Source of the DNA: an archaeon
Lineage (GTDB): Archaea; Iainarchaeota; Iainarchaeia; Iainarchaeales; CSSED10-239
Length of the DNA stretch: 32,000 nt
Reading direction: 5' to 3'
NCBI GenBank assembly: GCA_035400625.1
Contig: DAOMZT010000004.1
Coordinates: forward strand, 35,938-67,937
Within the stretch, counting starts at the first letter, position 1. Each line of letters begins with the position of its first letter. The notes beneath the pieces were generated by a model, which saw only the letters and a list, made by a program, of their open reading frames with translations, had not been told where the DNA came from and made no database searches. A program made the position numbers and the translations under genes. Below, in pieces: positions 18,007 to 26,571 of this stretch.

Positions 18007-19315
18007 GGCTTTTAAAACAAACGACATTAGAGGAATATACCCTATAGAAATAAACGATAACCTTGCTTATTTGGTTGGAAAAGCAATAGTCTATAAATAC
18101 AAGCCAAAGAAACTTGTTATTGGCAGAGATGCCAGGGCATCTTCTCCTTTGCTTTTTTCTAGTATTGTTAAAGGAATTCTTGAAAGTGGTTGTGAAATTA
18201 TTGATATTGGCTTAACTAGCACGCCTTTATTCTATTATTCTGTTGGAGAAACAAAAGCAGACTTTGGAATAATGATAACTGCTTCGCACAACCCTGGAAA
18301 ATATAATGGCTTTAAGCTTGTTAAAAAAGGGGTTATTCCAACAACTGCAAAAGAAATACAAGAGCTTAAAAAAATAGTATTTTCTAAAAAGAAAAACACA
18401 GTTTCTAAAGATGCAAAAATATCATTTCTAGATCTTTCTGAAAAATACGTAAATAGACATTTAAAAGAAAGCAAGATTAAAAAGAAAATAAAGGTTGTTG
18501 TTGATACTGGTAATGGTATGGCAGCCCCTTTTTTTAATAAAGTTTTTTCCAAATTGCCTGTTTCTGTAATTTACATTAACCAGAAAATAAACATGGTCTC
18601 TCCTAAACACGAGGCTAACCCATTAAGAGTAGAGACCTTAAAGGAACTACAAAAAGAAGTTAAGAAAAACAAAGCAACTCTTGGCATTGCTTTTGATGGA
18701 GATGGTGACAGGGTAGGGTTTGTTGATGAGAAAGGCGAGATCATACCTATGGATTTGATTACTGCTCTTGTTTCTAAAAAAATATTAAAGAAAAAACGCA
18801 AAGCAAAGATTATCTATGACCTTAGAAGCAGTAATGTTGTTAAAGAGACTATACTTAAAAATGGCGGAATTCCTATAGAATACAAGGTTGGCCATTCTCT
18901 TATCAAGACAAAGATGAGAGAGATCAACGCTACATTTGCTGGAGAAGTTAGTGGCCACTTTTATTTTAAGGAGTTTAATTATTCAGAGGCTCCATTCTAT
19001 GTATGCATTTTATTGTTAAATGAAATTAATAACAAAACAATTTCTGAAATTATTAGGCCATTAAGAAGATACTATAAAACACCAGAGCTTAATTACAAGA
19101 TAAAAGATACAGAAAAGAAAATAAAAGAAATAAAAGAAAAATATAAATCTGGTAAAATTAGTAATTTAGATGGCATAAAAGTAGTTTTCAAAGACTGGTG
19201 GTTTAATGTCAGAAGCAGTCACACAGAGCCACTTCTTCGCCTTAATCTAGAGGCAAACACCAAAGAGCTTATGCAAGAGAAACTAAAAGAAATAGAAGAA
19301 ATAATTAAGAAATAA
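17993..19315 (+). CDS. phosphomannomutase/phosphoglucomutase (alpha-D-phosphohexomutase family)
   Basis: Active-site Ser loop ITASHNPGKYNGFK, metal loop GIAFDGDGDRVGFVDE, sugar loop GEVSGHFYF and phosphate-binding RSSHTEPLLRLNLEA. 14-nt overlap with the cupin gene. Confidence 0.88.
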   Translation: MQENKAFKTNDIRGIYPIEINDNLAYLVGKAIVYKYKPKKLVIGRDARASSPLLFSSIVKGILESGCEIIDIGLTSTPLFYYSVGETKADFGIMITASHNPGKYNGFKLVKKGVIPTTAKEIQELKKIVFSKKKNTVSKDAKISFLDLSEKYVNRHLKESKIKKKIKVVVDTGNGMAAPFFNKVFSKLPVSVIYINQKINMVSPKHEANPLRVETLKELQKEVKKNKATLGIAFDGDGDRVGFVDEKGEIIPMDLITALVSKKILKKKRKAKIIYDLRSSNVVKETILKNGGIPIEYKVGHSLIKTKMREINATFAGEVSGHFYFKEFNYSEAPFYVCILLLNEINNKTISEIIRPLRRYYKTPELNYKIKDTEKKIKEIKEKYKSGKISNLDGIKVVFKDWWFNVRSSHTEPLLRLNLEANTKELMQEKLKEIEEIIKK

Positions 19316-19348
19316 GCTTTCTTACAAAACCAATTATAAGATTATTTA

Positions 19349-20047
19349 TCATCTTACTATTGGTCTTCTAATGGTATTAACCTTTCTATTAGTTGCTTTA
19401 GCTTTAGTACTAGCAAATCTTTTTCCCATTTCTTCTCTGCTTGCTTGTTTTTGTAATTCTTTCTTTTTAACTGCTTCTGTTTTTTTTGCAAAAGACACTT
19501 GTCCTTTTAAGAAAATTGCTCGATCTTTAAGTCTATTTAAGTTTTGAGCATATTCAAATACTAATTTCTTATTTCCTTTACTAAACACAAGTCCAATATT
19601 TCCACTTGCATTTCCTGATTTGTTGCCAATAACTGTTGCTGAAGGGATAAATACTAATTTACCACTTTTAATAATTGCCTTTCCTTGTAATTGAAAATTT
19701 TGATTGATTAACTTTTCTCCTGGTTTCCCTGAAAATGCGAGGGATGCAAAAATTGGTTTTCCAGAAACTGTGCCTAATGAAACTTCCCCTATTCCTGTAT
19801 GACTTACTAATTTTCCTTTATTAAATGTTAAAGTACCGCCTGTTGTTACTCCTTTAATTTTTGTAGATGCTTCAATTGTTGAATTTCTTATTGGATCCAT
19901 TATTGATATTTTTTGAAGTTCATAATTATTTATTTTTGTATTATAGCCTATACTTAAATTTACTTTCTGTCCTCCTATTTCTGATAAACTTGCTGCCAAA
20001 CTTAATTGTTCATATAATTTATCAGGAACAGATTTATTATTTATCAA
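19349..20047 (-). CDS. hypothetical beta-rich protein with basic C-terminal tail; possibly the 3' part of a frameshifted gene
   Basis: 232-aa ORF with no ATG near its start (the track start is a TTG inside a T7 run). G/K/S/T-rich beta-strand-like body and a K/R-rich tail. Overlaps the upstream ORF by 11 nt. Confidence 0.4.
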   Translation of the reverse strand: MINNKSVPDKLYEQLSLAASLSEIGGQKVNLSIGYNTKINNYELQKISIMDPIRNSTIEASTKIKGVTTGGTLTFNKGKLVSHTGIGEVSLGTVSGKPIFASLAFSGKPGEKLINQNFQLQGKAIIKSGKLVFIPSATVIGNKSGNASGNIGLVFSKGNKKLVFEYAQNLNRLKDRAIFLKGQVSFAKKTEAVKKKELQKQASREEMGKRFASTKAKATNRKVNTIRRPIVR

Positions 20048-20366
20048 AAAAAGAATTGGTGCCCATTTGAAGTCCTACATTATATGTTCCTTTTACAATT
20101 TTATTCGCAAGGTCTTTTCCATATTTTAATTCGAGTGCCTTAACCCAAAAATCTTCTTTTTGTTTAATAGAAATACCAGAAACATGGATTGTTCCTGAGC
20201 CCCCTTGTTCCATTAATGGTTTTGAACCTATGGAAAATTGTTGTGCTTGTAAAGGAACAATTGCACTTCCTATAGCAATTAATGCTCCTGAAGCAAGCAT
20301 TTTTGGATTTGCGATTACATCTTTTAATACATCACGTATTTTTTTAGCCATCTTATATTCCTCCAT
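20037..20366 (-). CDS. hypothetical secreted/membrane protein; possibly the 5' part of a frameshifted gene
   Basis: 109-aa ORF with an ATG start and a signal-like hydrophobic segment MLASGALIAIGSAIVPLQAQQ. It ends inside the T7 homopolymer region that also holds the start of ORF 19349-20047. Confidence 0.45.
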   Translation of the reverse strand: MEEYKMAKKIRDVLKDVIANPKMLASGALIAIGSAIVPLQAQQFSIGSKPLMEQGGSGTIHVSGISIKQKEDFWVKALELKYGKDLANKIVKGTYNVGLQMGTNSFFDK

Positions 20367-20429
20367 ATTAAGTATTTAATTTATTAAAAAAATAGATGTG
20401 CGAAAGTTATATAATACTTTGTAATTATT

Positions 20430-20461
20430 AAAAAAAGATAAGCTTCAGGCGCGATCTTATC
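20430..20461 (-). terminator. hairpin plus T7 run downstream of the res-mod-247aa operon (inside repeat copy A)
   Basis: On the minus strand, GATAAG (20461-20456), a 13-nt loop and CTTATC (20442-20437) form a 6-bp stem. T7 (20436-20430) follows directly. It lies about 90 nt after the stop at 20550. Confidence 0.4.
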
Positions 20462-20490
20462 CAAAAGTTAAAAGCGCACAGAAATTAAAA
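20437..20490. repeat. att-like direct repeat, copy A
   Basis: Positions 20441-20483 align without gaps to 26575-26617, with 36 of 43 identities. The match then continues for six more positions after a 1-nt indel. The identical 16-nt core AAAGTTAAAAGCGCAC is at 20464-20479. The copy contains a local G+C-rich patch and a 6-bp hairpin, and lies in an intergenic region. Confidence 0.6.
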
Positions 20491-20549
20491 CCATTCCTTA
20501 AATTTTGGTAAGATTGATACAATAAACCTATATCATCCAAAATTTAATC

Positions 20550-21260
20550 TTATTGTAATATTTCATTTATTACATCCAAGCAATCTTTTACACCATTTAT
20601 GGGATTAATTACCCTGTATTTTGCGCCATTTTGACCAAGATTTGTATCATATCCTTTTTCTTCTAATGTTTTCTTAGATGCCCCTCCCACTATGTAAACA
20701 TCTAAAAAATCATATATCTTTATTTTCAAGTCTTCTGGATTATAATAATGAATAATAAATAAATAGTAGTCTTTATGTATTTCTAACTTTTTATATGACG
20801 CACTATACCAACCAATAATAGAATAAGCGCTTTTACCATTTTTAAGAGGGAACCCTATAAGTCTTCCTAAAGTAGTATAATATTTATAACAAAATGAGGA
20901 CCGCACTTCAATAGTTTTAATTATGCCATTAACAGATATAGATAAATCAGTTTGATTACCTAGAACACTATTATTGTCTTCATCAAAAGTAGAATTTAAA
21001 ATTTTTAAATCAATTTTTTTAGTCTTACTAATCTCATTTAAACAAAAATGAATTGAATGCTCAGCCAATAACCCTCCGACAATCATATTTTCTTTATGTG
21101 CTGAATTTCTTACTATTCCGTTGGGTGCTTTAGAATTAAGTTTATCTAAAAGTTGTTTTGATTTATTGATAATATTATCAATAACAAGCCTATCTATCTT
21201 ATAATTATAGCGTATTTTTATTAATTTATATTTTTCAATTTCTACTATTTCTAAATCCAT
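20550..21260 (-). CDS. hypothetical protein, possible PD-(D/E)xK-type nuclease, third gene of the R-M operon
   Basis: The ORF lies 5 nt (GTG 21293) or 38 nt (ATG 21260) downstream of the mod stop. GGLLAEHSIHF and TDLSISVNGIIKTIEVRSS could be the D...E-x-K/R core of a restriction-endonuclease fold. This is a weak, motif-level guess. Confidence 0.3.
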   Translation of the reverse strand: MDLEIVEIEKYKLIKIRYNYKIDRLVIDNIINKSKQLLDKLNSKAPNGIVRNSAHKENMIVGGLLAEHSIHFCLNEISKTKKIDLKILNSTFDEDNNSVLGNQTDLSISVNGIIKTIEVRSSFCYKYYTTLGRLIGFPLKNGKSAYSIIGWYSASYKKLEIHKDYYLFIIHYYNPEDLKIKIYDFLDVYIVGGASKKTLEEKGYDTNLGQNGAKYRVINPINGVKDCLDVINEILQ

Positions 21261-21298
21261 AATTCTCAAAACCAATAGTCTTATTAAGTGCACTTAAC

Positions 21299-23257
21299 TT
21301 AAATTTCTTTAATAATTAATACTTCTTCTCCTAACATATCAATAATTTTAACGGCAATCGTAGTTTTATTTTTTATATTAAATTCATATGTCCCAACAAT
21401 TAAATCGTTCTTTTTTTCAGGAACATCTGAATATTTTATATTAAATACCTTACCATCATAATTTGTATCAATTAACACAACATCAATCATACTTCTAAAA
21501 TCAGGGATTTTTACTTTAATCAATTTATTACTATTATTTAGTCTTTCAATGATAGTTGGAGATATAAAATCATTTATTTCTATAAATATTTTATCTCCTT
21601 TTCTTTTAATATTTATTTTAGCTTGAGCTTTTTTATGAATTAAGAATTTCCCATATTTTCCATCAGTTCTTAATTCTATAAGTTCTAACTTATTAATTGG
21701 GTGCTTTTTATTATAGTCTTCTATATATGAATCAACACTTAATTCTTTACCTAAACACACAATAGTAACATTTCTATTTTCATCAGGCCTACTTTTTAAT
21801 TCGTCCTGAATTAATTGCAAGTCCAATAAAGTTAATGGATGATTAAAATCAATCATTTTTACTAAATTCTTACCTATAGTTCCTTCAAAAAAATTATCTG
21901 TTTTAGTTCTTTGTATCCCTATATGTTGAATCGCTAATTCAACTGCTTCCGTTCTTAATAACTGTAAATCATAATCATTTACTTTATAATAAGCAAAAGC
22001 CAAATGTTCGTTTGTTTTAGAAACTATTTTTTTTTGTTTAGTTACTTCTTTTTGCGTTTTAATTATCTTTTGCAATCTTTTAGATACTGTTTGAATTGAC
22101 CCTTTATTAATATCTACGCCTATCCATCTTCTATTTAATTTTTGAGCTATTGCTTGAGTAGTGCCACTACCCATAAAACAATCTAAGACAAGTCCATCAA
22201 AATTAGTAGATGATTTTATTACTCTTTCTAAAATGTCTTCTGAATTTTCTGTAGGATACCCTGTACTATCAACTGTATAACCAGGAATATCTGTCCAGTT
22301 ACTGTTTACTGTTTGATGAGGAAATTGATAATATTCTGGCAAATTAACTCTTTTCCCAAATCGGTCTAAATATGTTCTTTTTTCATTAATTCTTATTTTT
22401 CCTTCAGCAATCAGTTTATTGATTACTTCTTGTGAAAACGTCCAATGACTATTTCTACGAGATATAAAAACTTTACCATTTATAGATATCTCAATATTCT
22501 TACTATCTCCTGGTGCTTCCAAAGGCACCCAGTCTGGTTCTTTTTCCTGTTTACAATATTTACAAATCCTGTCCGTCACTATTTTATTAAATAAATTATC
22601 ATTAGATTTTGAATAAAAATATATTGTTTCATAAGCAGTGGCAAATTGATTTTTTGTCGACCCTAAATTAGTACTTCTATTAACTGCTATTTCATTTCTA
22701 AAATTATTTTTCCCAAAGACTTCATCTAATAATATTTTTATATAATGTCCATAATGATAATCAAATCTTACAAAAATACTACCTTTTTCACTCAGTAATT
22801 CTTTTAATAATATTAATCTTTCATACATAAATTGCAAAAACGAATCATCTGCAAAATTATTAAAATACATTGTCTGTTCTTGTGACGTATAATATTCGCC
22901 ATCTAATTTTTCTAATTTAATACCTTTCAATTGAACTTTACGTATATAATCTACCCCTGTATTAAATGGAGGGTCTATATAAATTAAATCAATCTTATTT
23001 CTAAAACCATTCGCTAAAAGATAACCTAGAACTTCTTTGTTATCCCCGTGAAATATTAAATTCTGCCAATTATCTTTTAAGTTATCAAAATTAGGGTTAT
23101 CTATTGGTTTAGATTCGCCTGTTGGGTCAAATATCTCTACCAGTTGTGCAGGAAAGCTTTGTACATAATCTATTGGTCTTTTCCCCACCCATTGTAGCAT
23201 TGGTCTCCCTTTAGCCTCTGATATTTTAATTTTTTTTTCATTCATCCTTGTCACCAT
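21299..23257 (-). CDS. mod: Type III restriction-modification system methyltransferase (Mod), beta-class N6A/N4C MTase
   Basis: N-terminal LQWVGK, FHGDNKEVL and IYIDPPFNTG (motif IV) lie upstream of LDCFMGSGTTQAIAQKLNRRWIGVDIN (motif I). This is the circular permutation of beta-class MTases used by Type III Mod subunits, with a long variable region between them. Alternative ATG at 23245. Confidence 0.85.
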   Translation of the reverse strand: MVTRMNEKKIKISEAKGRPMLQWVGKRPIDYVQSFPAQLVEIFDPTGESKPIDNPNFDNLKDNWQNLIFHGDNKEVLGYLLANGFRNKIDLIYIDPPFNTGVDYIRKVQLKGIKLEKLDGEYYTSQEQTMYFNNFADDSFLQFMYERLILLKELLSEKGSIFVRFDYHYGHYIKILLDEVFGKNNFRNEIAVNRSTNLGSTKNQFATAYETIYFYSKSNDNLFNKIVTDRICKYCKQEKEPDWVPLEAPGDSKNIEISINGKVFISRRNSHWTFSQEVINKLIAEGKIRINEKRTYLDRFGKRVNLPEYYQFPHQTVNSNWTDIPGYTVDSTGYPTENSEDILERVIKSSTNFDGLVLDCFMGSGTTQAIAQKLNRRWIGVDINKGSIQTVSKRLQKIIKTQKEVTKQKKIVSKTNEHLAFAYYKVNDYDLQLLRTEAVELAIQHIGIQRTKTDNFFEGTIGKNLVKMIDFNHPLTLLDLQLIQDELKSRPDENRNVTIVCLGKELSVDSYIEDYNKKHPINKLELIELRTDGKYGKFLIHKKAQAKINIKRKGDKIFIEINDFISPTIIERLNNSNKLIKVKIPDFRSMIDVVLIDTNYDGKVFNIKYSDVPEKKNDLIVGTYEFNIKNKTTIAVKIIDMLGEEVLIIKEI

Positions 23258-25841
23258 AAACCCAATCTTTTATTTTTTTATAATTTTTAAATCCTATTTC
23301 CTCAACAGGAGTAAATAATACTTCGTATTTAAGTTTATCTGGATTTAAATTTTCTATCTTTTTAATTGCCATTTCTTTATTTTCATCTTTATAAATTTCG
23401 CCCTTAACTTCGACTATAAGAATTCTTCCATCTTTCTTTTTAATAACAAAATCAGGAGTATAATTTCTCCATTTGCCATTTTTATCTTTATATTCAAATA
23501 GGAAATCTGTTTTATTAATATCGGTTAACTGCCCAGTATAATATATATCTTCAATATTATCTGGATTTTCATTTAATGAATCTATGAGTTTAATAAAAAA
23601 ATCAGTTTCAGGATTAGAATCCATTTTATATGGCGAATAATGAAATCCAAACTCCTGTTTATTTTTATCTTTAAATTGTTTATAATATAAAAATAAATTT
23701 TCTTTATCTTTGTGATACATTATTTCTGCAGTATAAATAATTTCCCCATTTTTTTCTTCTTTATTAAAGCCTTCTTTTTTAATTAATGCTAAGTGTACTT
23801 CTATCTCTTCTTCAATAATTTTATAATTTCTTAATTGTGATTCAATTTGTTTTTTTAATTCAATAATGTGACTTGCAGGTATTTCTGAGTCATCATATAA
23901 CTTTTTCAACATATCATAAACATATCCTAAATCTAATCTGTAAATTTGGGATAAATCAATTGAAACACTATATAAATCACAAAATTCTTCTTCAATCTTA
24001 ATTTCTTCAACATTTTCTTGAACTAACACACCATTTTTATCAGTTCTATCTTTCAAAGAATATTCCTTTTTTTTCATTATTTCATATTTTATAGTGGGTT
24101 TATTTAAGATAATTTTAGAATCGCCTTCATTTTCTAAAATTATTTTTTGAACTTTTTTCTTAACCAAAATTGGTGGAATTTCGGTCTTTCTTAAAATTAA
24201 TCTTTCTTTCCTCAATTCTGGCTTTGTAATATCTAAAATTTGTAAAGATTCTCCAAAAGTTTCCTTAAGTTGATAATCTAAAATCTTTCTATTATCTTCA
24301 GATAAATAAATTCTTGCTCTTTTATTATTATTTGGAACTTGCCTTAAACACCGTGTTGCTGATTGAAGTATAAAATTATTACTACTCTTTAATTTCCTTG
24401 CTAATGCTGTTGCGAATAAAGATGGGCAGTTCCATCCTTCTGTACCCATATTAACTAATAAAAAAACTCTATACGGATTTGTAGGGTCATTTATTCTATT
24501 GTTAAACAAATCTTTAATTTTATCCTCAGATTTATTATTGACTTCTAAAACAATTGAAGAATCTAATCCCAACTCTAAAATTTTATTTACAATTATTGGT
24601 TTAATCTTTTTTACATCATCTGTTTGAGGAAAATAAATCGCAATCTTAGATTTTGCACCAGTATATATAGTTACATCTCTGTATTCTTTAAAAAAATCAT
24701 CAATTACTATATTTACAAAATCCGTTAAACTATCCGTATCATAAGAATAAATACCATCTTTTACATCTTTAAGAATTCCGTCTTTAATACCTTGAGATAA
24801 ACCATACCAAAAAACAACATCTCTTAACATCTGTTTTTTATAATAGGGAGTCCCTGTTGTATTAATTACTGCAATTACATTTGTGTTCTCTGCCAAATAA
24901 TCAACAGTTTTTCTAACTTTTTTTAATTCGTCATCTAATGATTGCCCATATGTGTGATGAGCTTCATCAGAGAAAATGGCTAAATTTGGTAAAGAGGATA
25001 TTGTTTGTAATCGTAAATTTGCAGTTTCTTGCGCTTCTTCTATCTTTTCTTTTTCTTTATAATTAAATAAACTTAATTGTGTGCTTTTTCCTGTCGATTT
25101 TTGAATCCTTATTTTTTCCGTGTTTGTTACAATTATATTATAGGAACTGCCTCTTATTATTGGAATGTCTTTTTCTTTATCTTGTGTATATGTTATTTTT
25201 ACTGAACTCATAAATTGTTTATACAATCTTAAAGGTAAAATTTTATCAAAAGGAATATCAGATATTTCTTTTAATGCTCCTAAAATAGTTTTACCTGGGG
25301 CAAAAACTAATGCGTTTTTTACAAAATCATTTTTATATTCTATTGCTAAGCTAAATTCCGTACAAATAATTGTTCCAATCAATACCGTTTTACCTGCACC
25401 CATGGCTAATGCAAAAATATAACTGGGATAATCTAATGTTAATGATTCTCTTACTGCCTCAAGTTTATTTTGTTTAACAAAAACATCATCATAACTGATT
25501 TTTTCAAATATAGAATTTAAACCGCCCTGACTCATTAATTTAATAATATCTTCTGATTTAAGATGAATCCCTAATGCCTTTAGTAATTCTACAGGGTCAT
25601 CATAAAATTTTTTATATAATTCGAAAATGTGGGGTGTTTTTTCTACAACCCTTAAATACCAATATGTTTCTAATGCTTCAAATTGTGCTCTTCTTAAATA
25701 TCTTAAATTTTTATTCCCAAATTCATCTTCATATAAATTATAATCAAATATTTCGGATAATATCGGATAATTAGACGGATAGCCTTCTTCTCTCCAATTT
25801 TTTACTCTCTCTTTTAATTTTGTTGGAATAAAAAAATCCAT
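23238..25841 (-). CDS. res: Type III restriction enzyme Res subunit (SF2 helicase plus C-terminal PD-(D/E)xK nuclease)
   Basis: Helicase motif I ALAMGAGKTVLIG, motif II IFSDEAHHTY, motif III NTTGTP and motif VI QSATRCLR. C-terminal nuclease core YTPDFVIKKKDGRILIVEVKGE. Overlaps mod by 20 nt (8 nt if mod starts at 23245). Confidence 0.85.
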   Translation of the reverse strand: MDFFIPTKLKERVKNWREEGYPSNYPILSEIFDYNLYEDEFGNKNLRYLRRAQFEALETYWYLRVVEKTPHIFELYKKFYDDPVELLKALGIHLKSEDIIKLMSQGGLNSIFEKISYDDVFVKQNKLEAVRESLTLDYPSYIFALAMGAGKTVLIGTIICTEFSLAIEYKNDFVKNALVFAPGKTILGALKEISDIPFDKILPLRLYKQFMSSVKITYTQDKEKDIPIIRGSSYNIIVTNTEKIRIQKSTGKSTQLSLFNYKEKEKIEEAQETANLRLQTISSLPNLAIFSDEAHHTYGQSLDDELKKVRKTVDYLAENTNVIAVINTTGTPYYKKQMLRDVVFWYGLSQGIKDGILKDVKDGIYSYDTDSLTDFVNIVIDDFFKEYRDVTIYTGAKSKIAIYFPQTDDVKKIKPIIVNKILELGLDSSIVLEVNNKSEDKIKDLFNNRINDPTNPYRVFLLVNMGTEGWNCPSLFATALARKLKSSNNFILQSATRCLRQVPNNNKRARIYLSEDNRKILDYQLKETFGESLQILDITKPELRKERLILRKTEIPPILVKKKVQKIILENEGDSKIILNKPTIKYEIMKKKEYSLKDRTDKNGVLVQENVEEIKIEEEFCDLYSVSIDLSQIYRLDLGYVYDMLKKLYDDSEIPASHIIELKKQIESQLRNYKIIEEEIEVHLALIKKEGFNKEEKNGEIIYTAEIMYHKDKENLFLYYKQFKDKNKQEFGFHYSPYKMDSNPETDFFIKLIDSLNENPDNIEDIYYTGQLTDINKTDFLFEYKDKNGKWRNYTPDFVIKKKDGRILIVEVKGEIYKDENKEMAIKKIENLNPDKLKYEVLFTPVEEIGFKNYKKIKDWVYGDKDE

Positions 25842-25957
25842 ATTATCACATAAAATTTATAATAATATATTATACAAATAATATAAAAACGTTGGGATTA
25901 TTTTTTTAAAAAAATAGGACATTTGCCACTCTTCATATTCTTTATCTCTTAATTGTT

Positions 25958-26554
25958 CTAAGTATTCTTTTGTTTGTTGGTTGTTTGGTATATTGTTATT
26001 TGATATATTATTTTTATTTTAATATAGATTTCTAAAGGAAGATAACAGAAATAACTATTCTTATTATGCCTTAGATAGTTCGTTGTGATTTTTACAAAAT
26101 TTCCATATTGTTGGGCCTTTAGTTTATGAATATTTGCTAGTAAATAATTACCTTCTACTTTCCTTATTCCACTCACTAAATACATTATATAAACTAGTCT
26201 ATTATTTAAGGTTAGCTGAGAAAGAGTTTGTTTGATTTCAGGGTCTGTTGGGACATAGTTATCTACTCCTGACTTATATGTTTTTATCATTTTTCTACAT
26301 TGTATTAATTGGTCAGTAGTTAATATTTCTTTCTTTTCGCAATAGTTTAAGATATGCCTAACCATCTTAATTGCTGTTTCGTCCTTGTTTATAATGTCAT
26401 AATTGTCACAAATGACATCTAATAGTTCATTATTTTTATACACACTTTTATTAAAAATTAGAGGAATTTTAGCAATTAGGTTCTTTGTATAGTTTTTAGA
26501 ATAATTTGCGTTAGATAGTGCTTCTTTCCACTCTACGAGCGAAACCACAGGCAA
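25958..26554 (-). pseudogene. tyrosine recombinase (integrase) fragment lacking the C-terminal catalytic half
   Basis: VPTDPEIKQTLSQLTLNNRLVYIMYLVSGIRKVEGNYLLANI matches the start of the integrase catalytic domain, including the box I Arg (xGxRxxE). LRHNKNSYFCYLPLEIY fits the beta-hairpin Lys region. The ORF then stops. No H-x-x-R or catalytic Tyr region is encoded in any frame in the about 115 nt before the res start. The start is TTG, with no nearby ATG. Confidence 0.4.
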
Positions 26555-26571
26555 ATCACTACTAACTGAAC

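Noticed and set aside
14603-18801. Minus-strand ORFs inside the GH130, cupin and PMM genes (14603-14827, 14625-14861, 15083-15346, 15896-16258, 16654-16848, 17670-17924, 18235-18552, 18571-18801)
   Set aside because: They are antisense to genes with strong family motifs and have no motifs of their own.
20367-20549. Possible tRNA or tRNA fragment as the integration target at the att-like repeats (also checked at 26555-26623)
   Set aside because: I looked for acceptor and T-arm features (GTTCGAATC-like loop, 7-bp acceptor stem, CCA) on both strands and found none. The repeats contain only a 6-bp hairpin and a GCGC patch.
21261-21293. GTG-initiated 11-codon N-terminal extension (MHLIRLLVLRI) of the 247-aa ORF
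   Set aside because: It cannot be decided from sequence alone. ATG 21260 (MDLEIVEIEKY) is the conservative start, and the hydrophobic extension has no obvious function. It is kept as an alternative only.
25165-25774. Plus-strand ORFs 25165-25422 and 25574-25774
   Set aside because: They are antisense to the Res helicase domain, where motif I is encoded, and have no features of their own.
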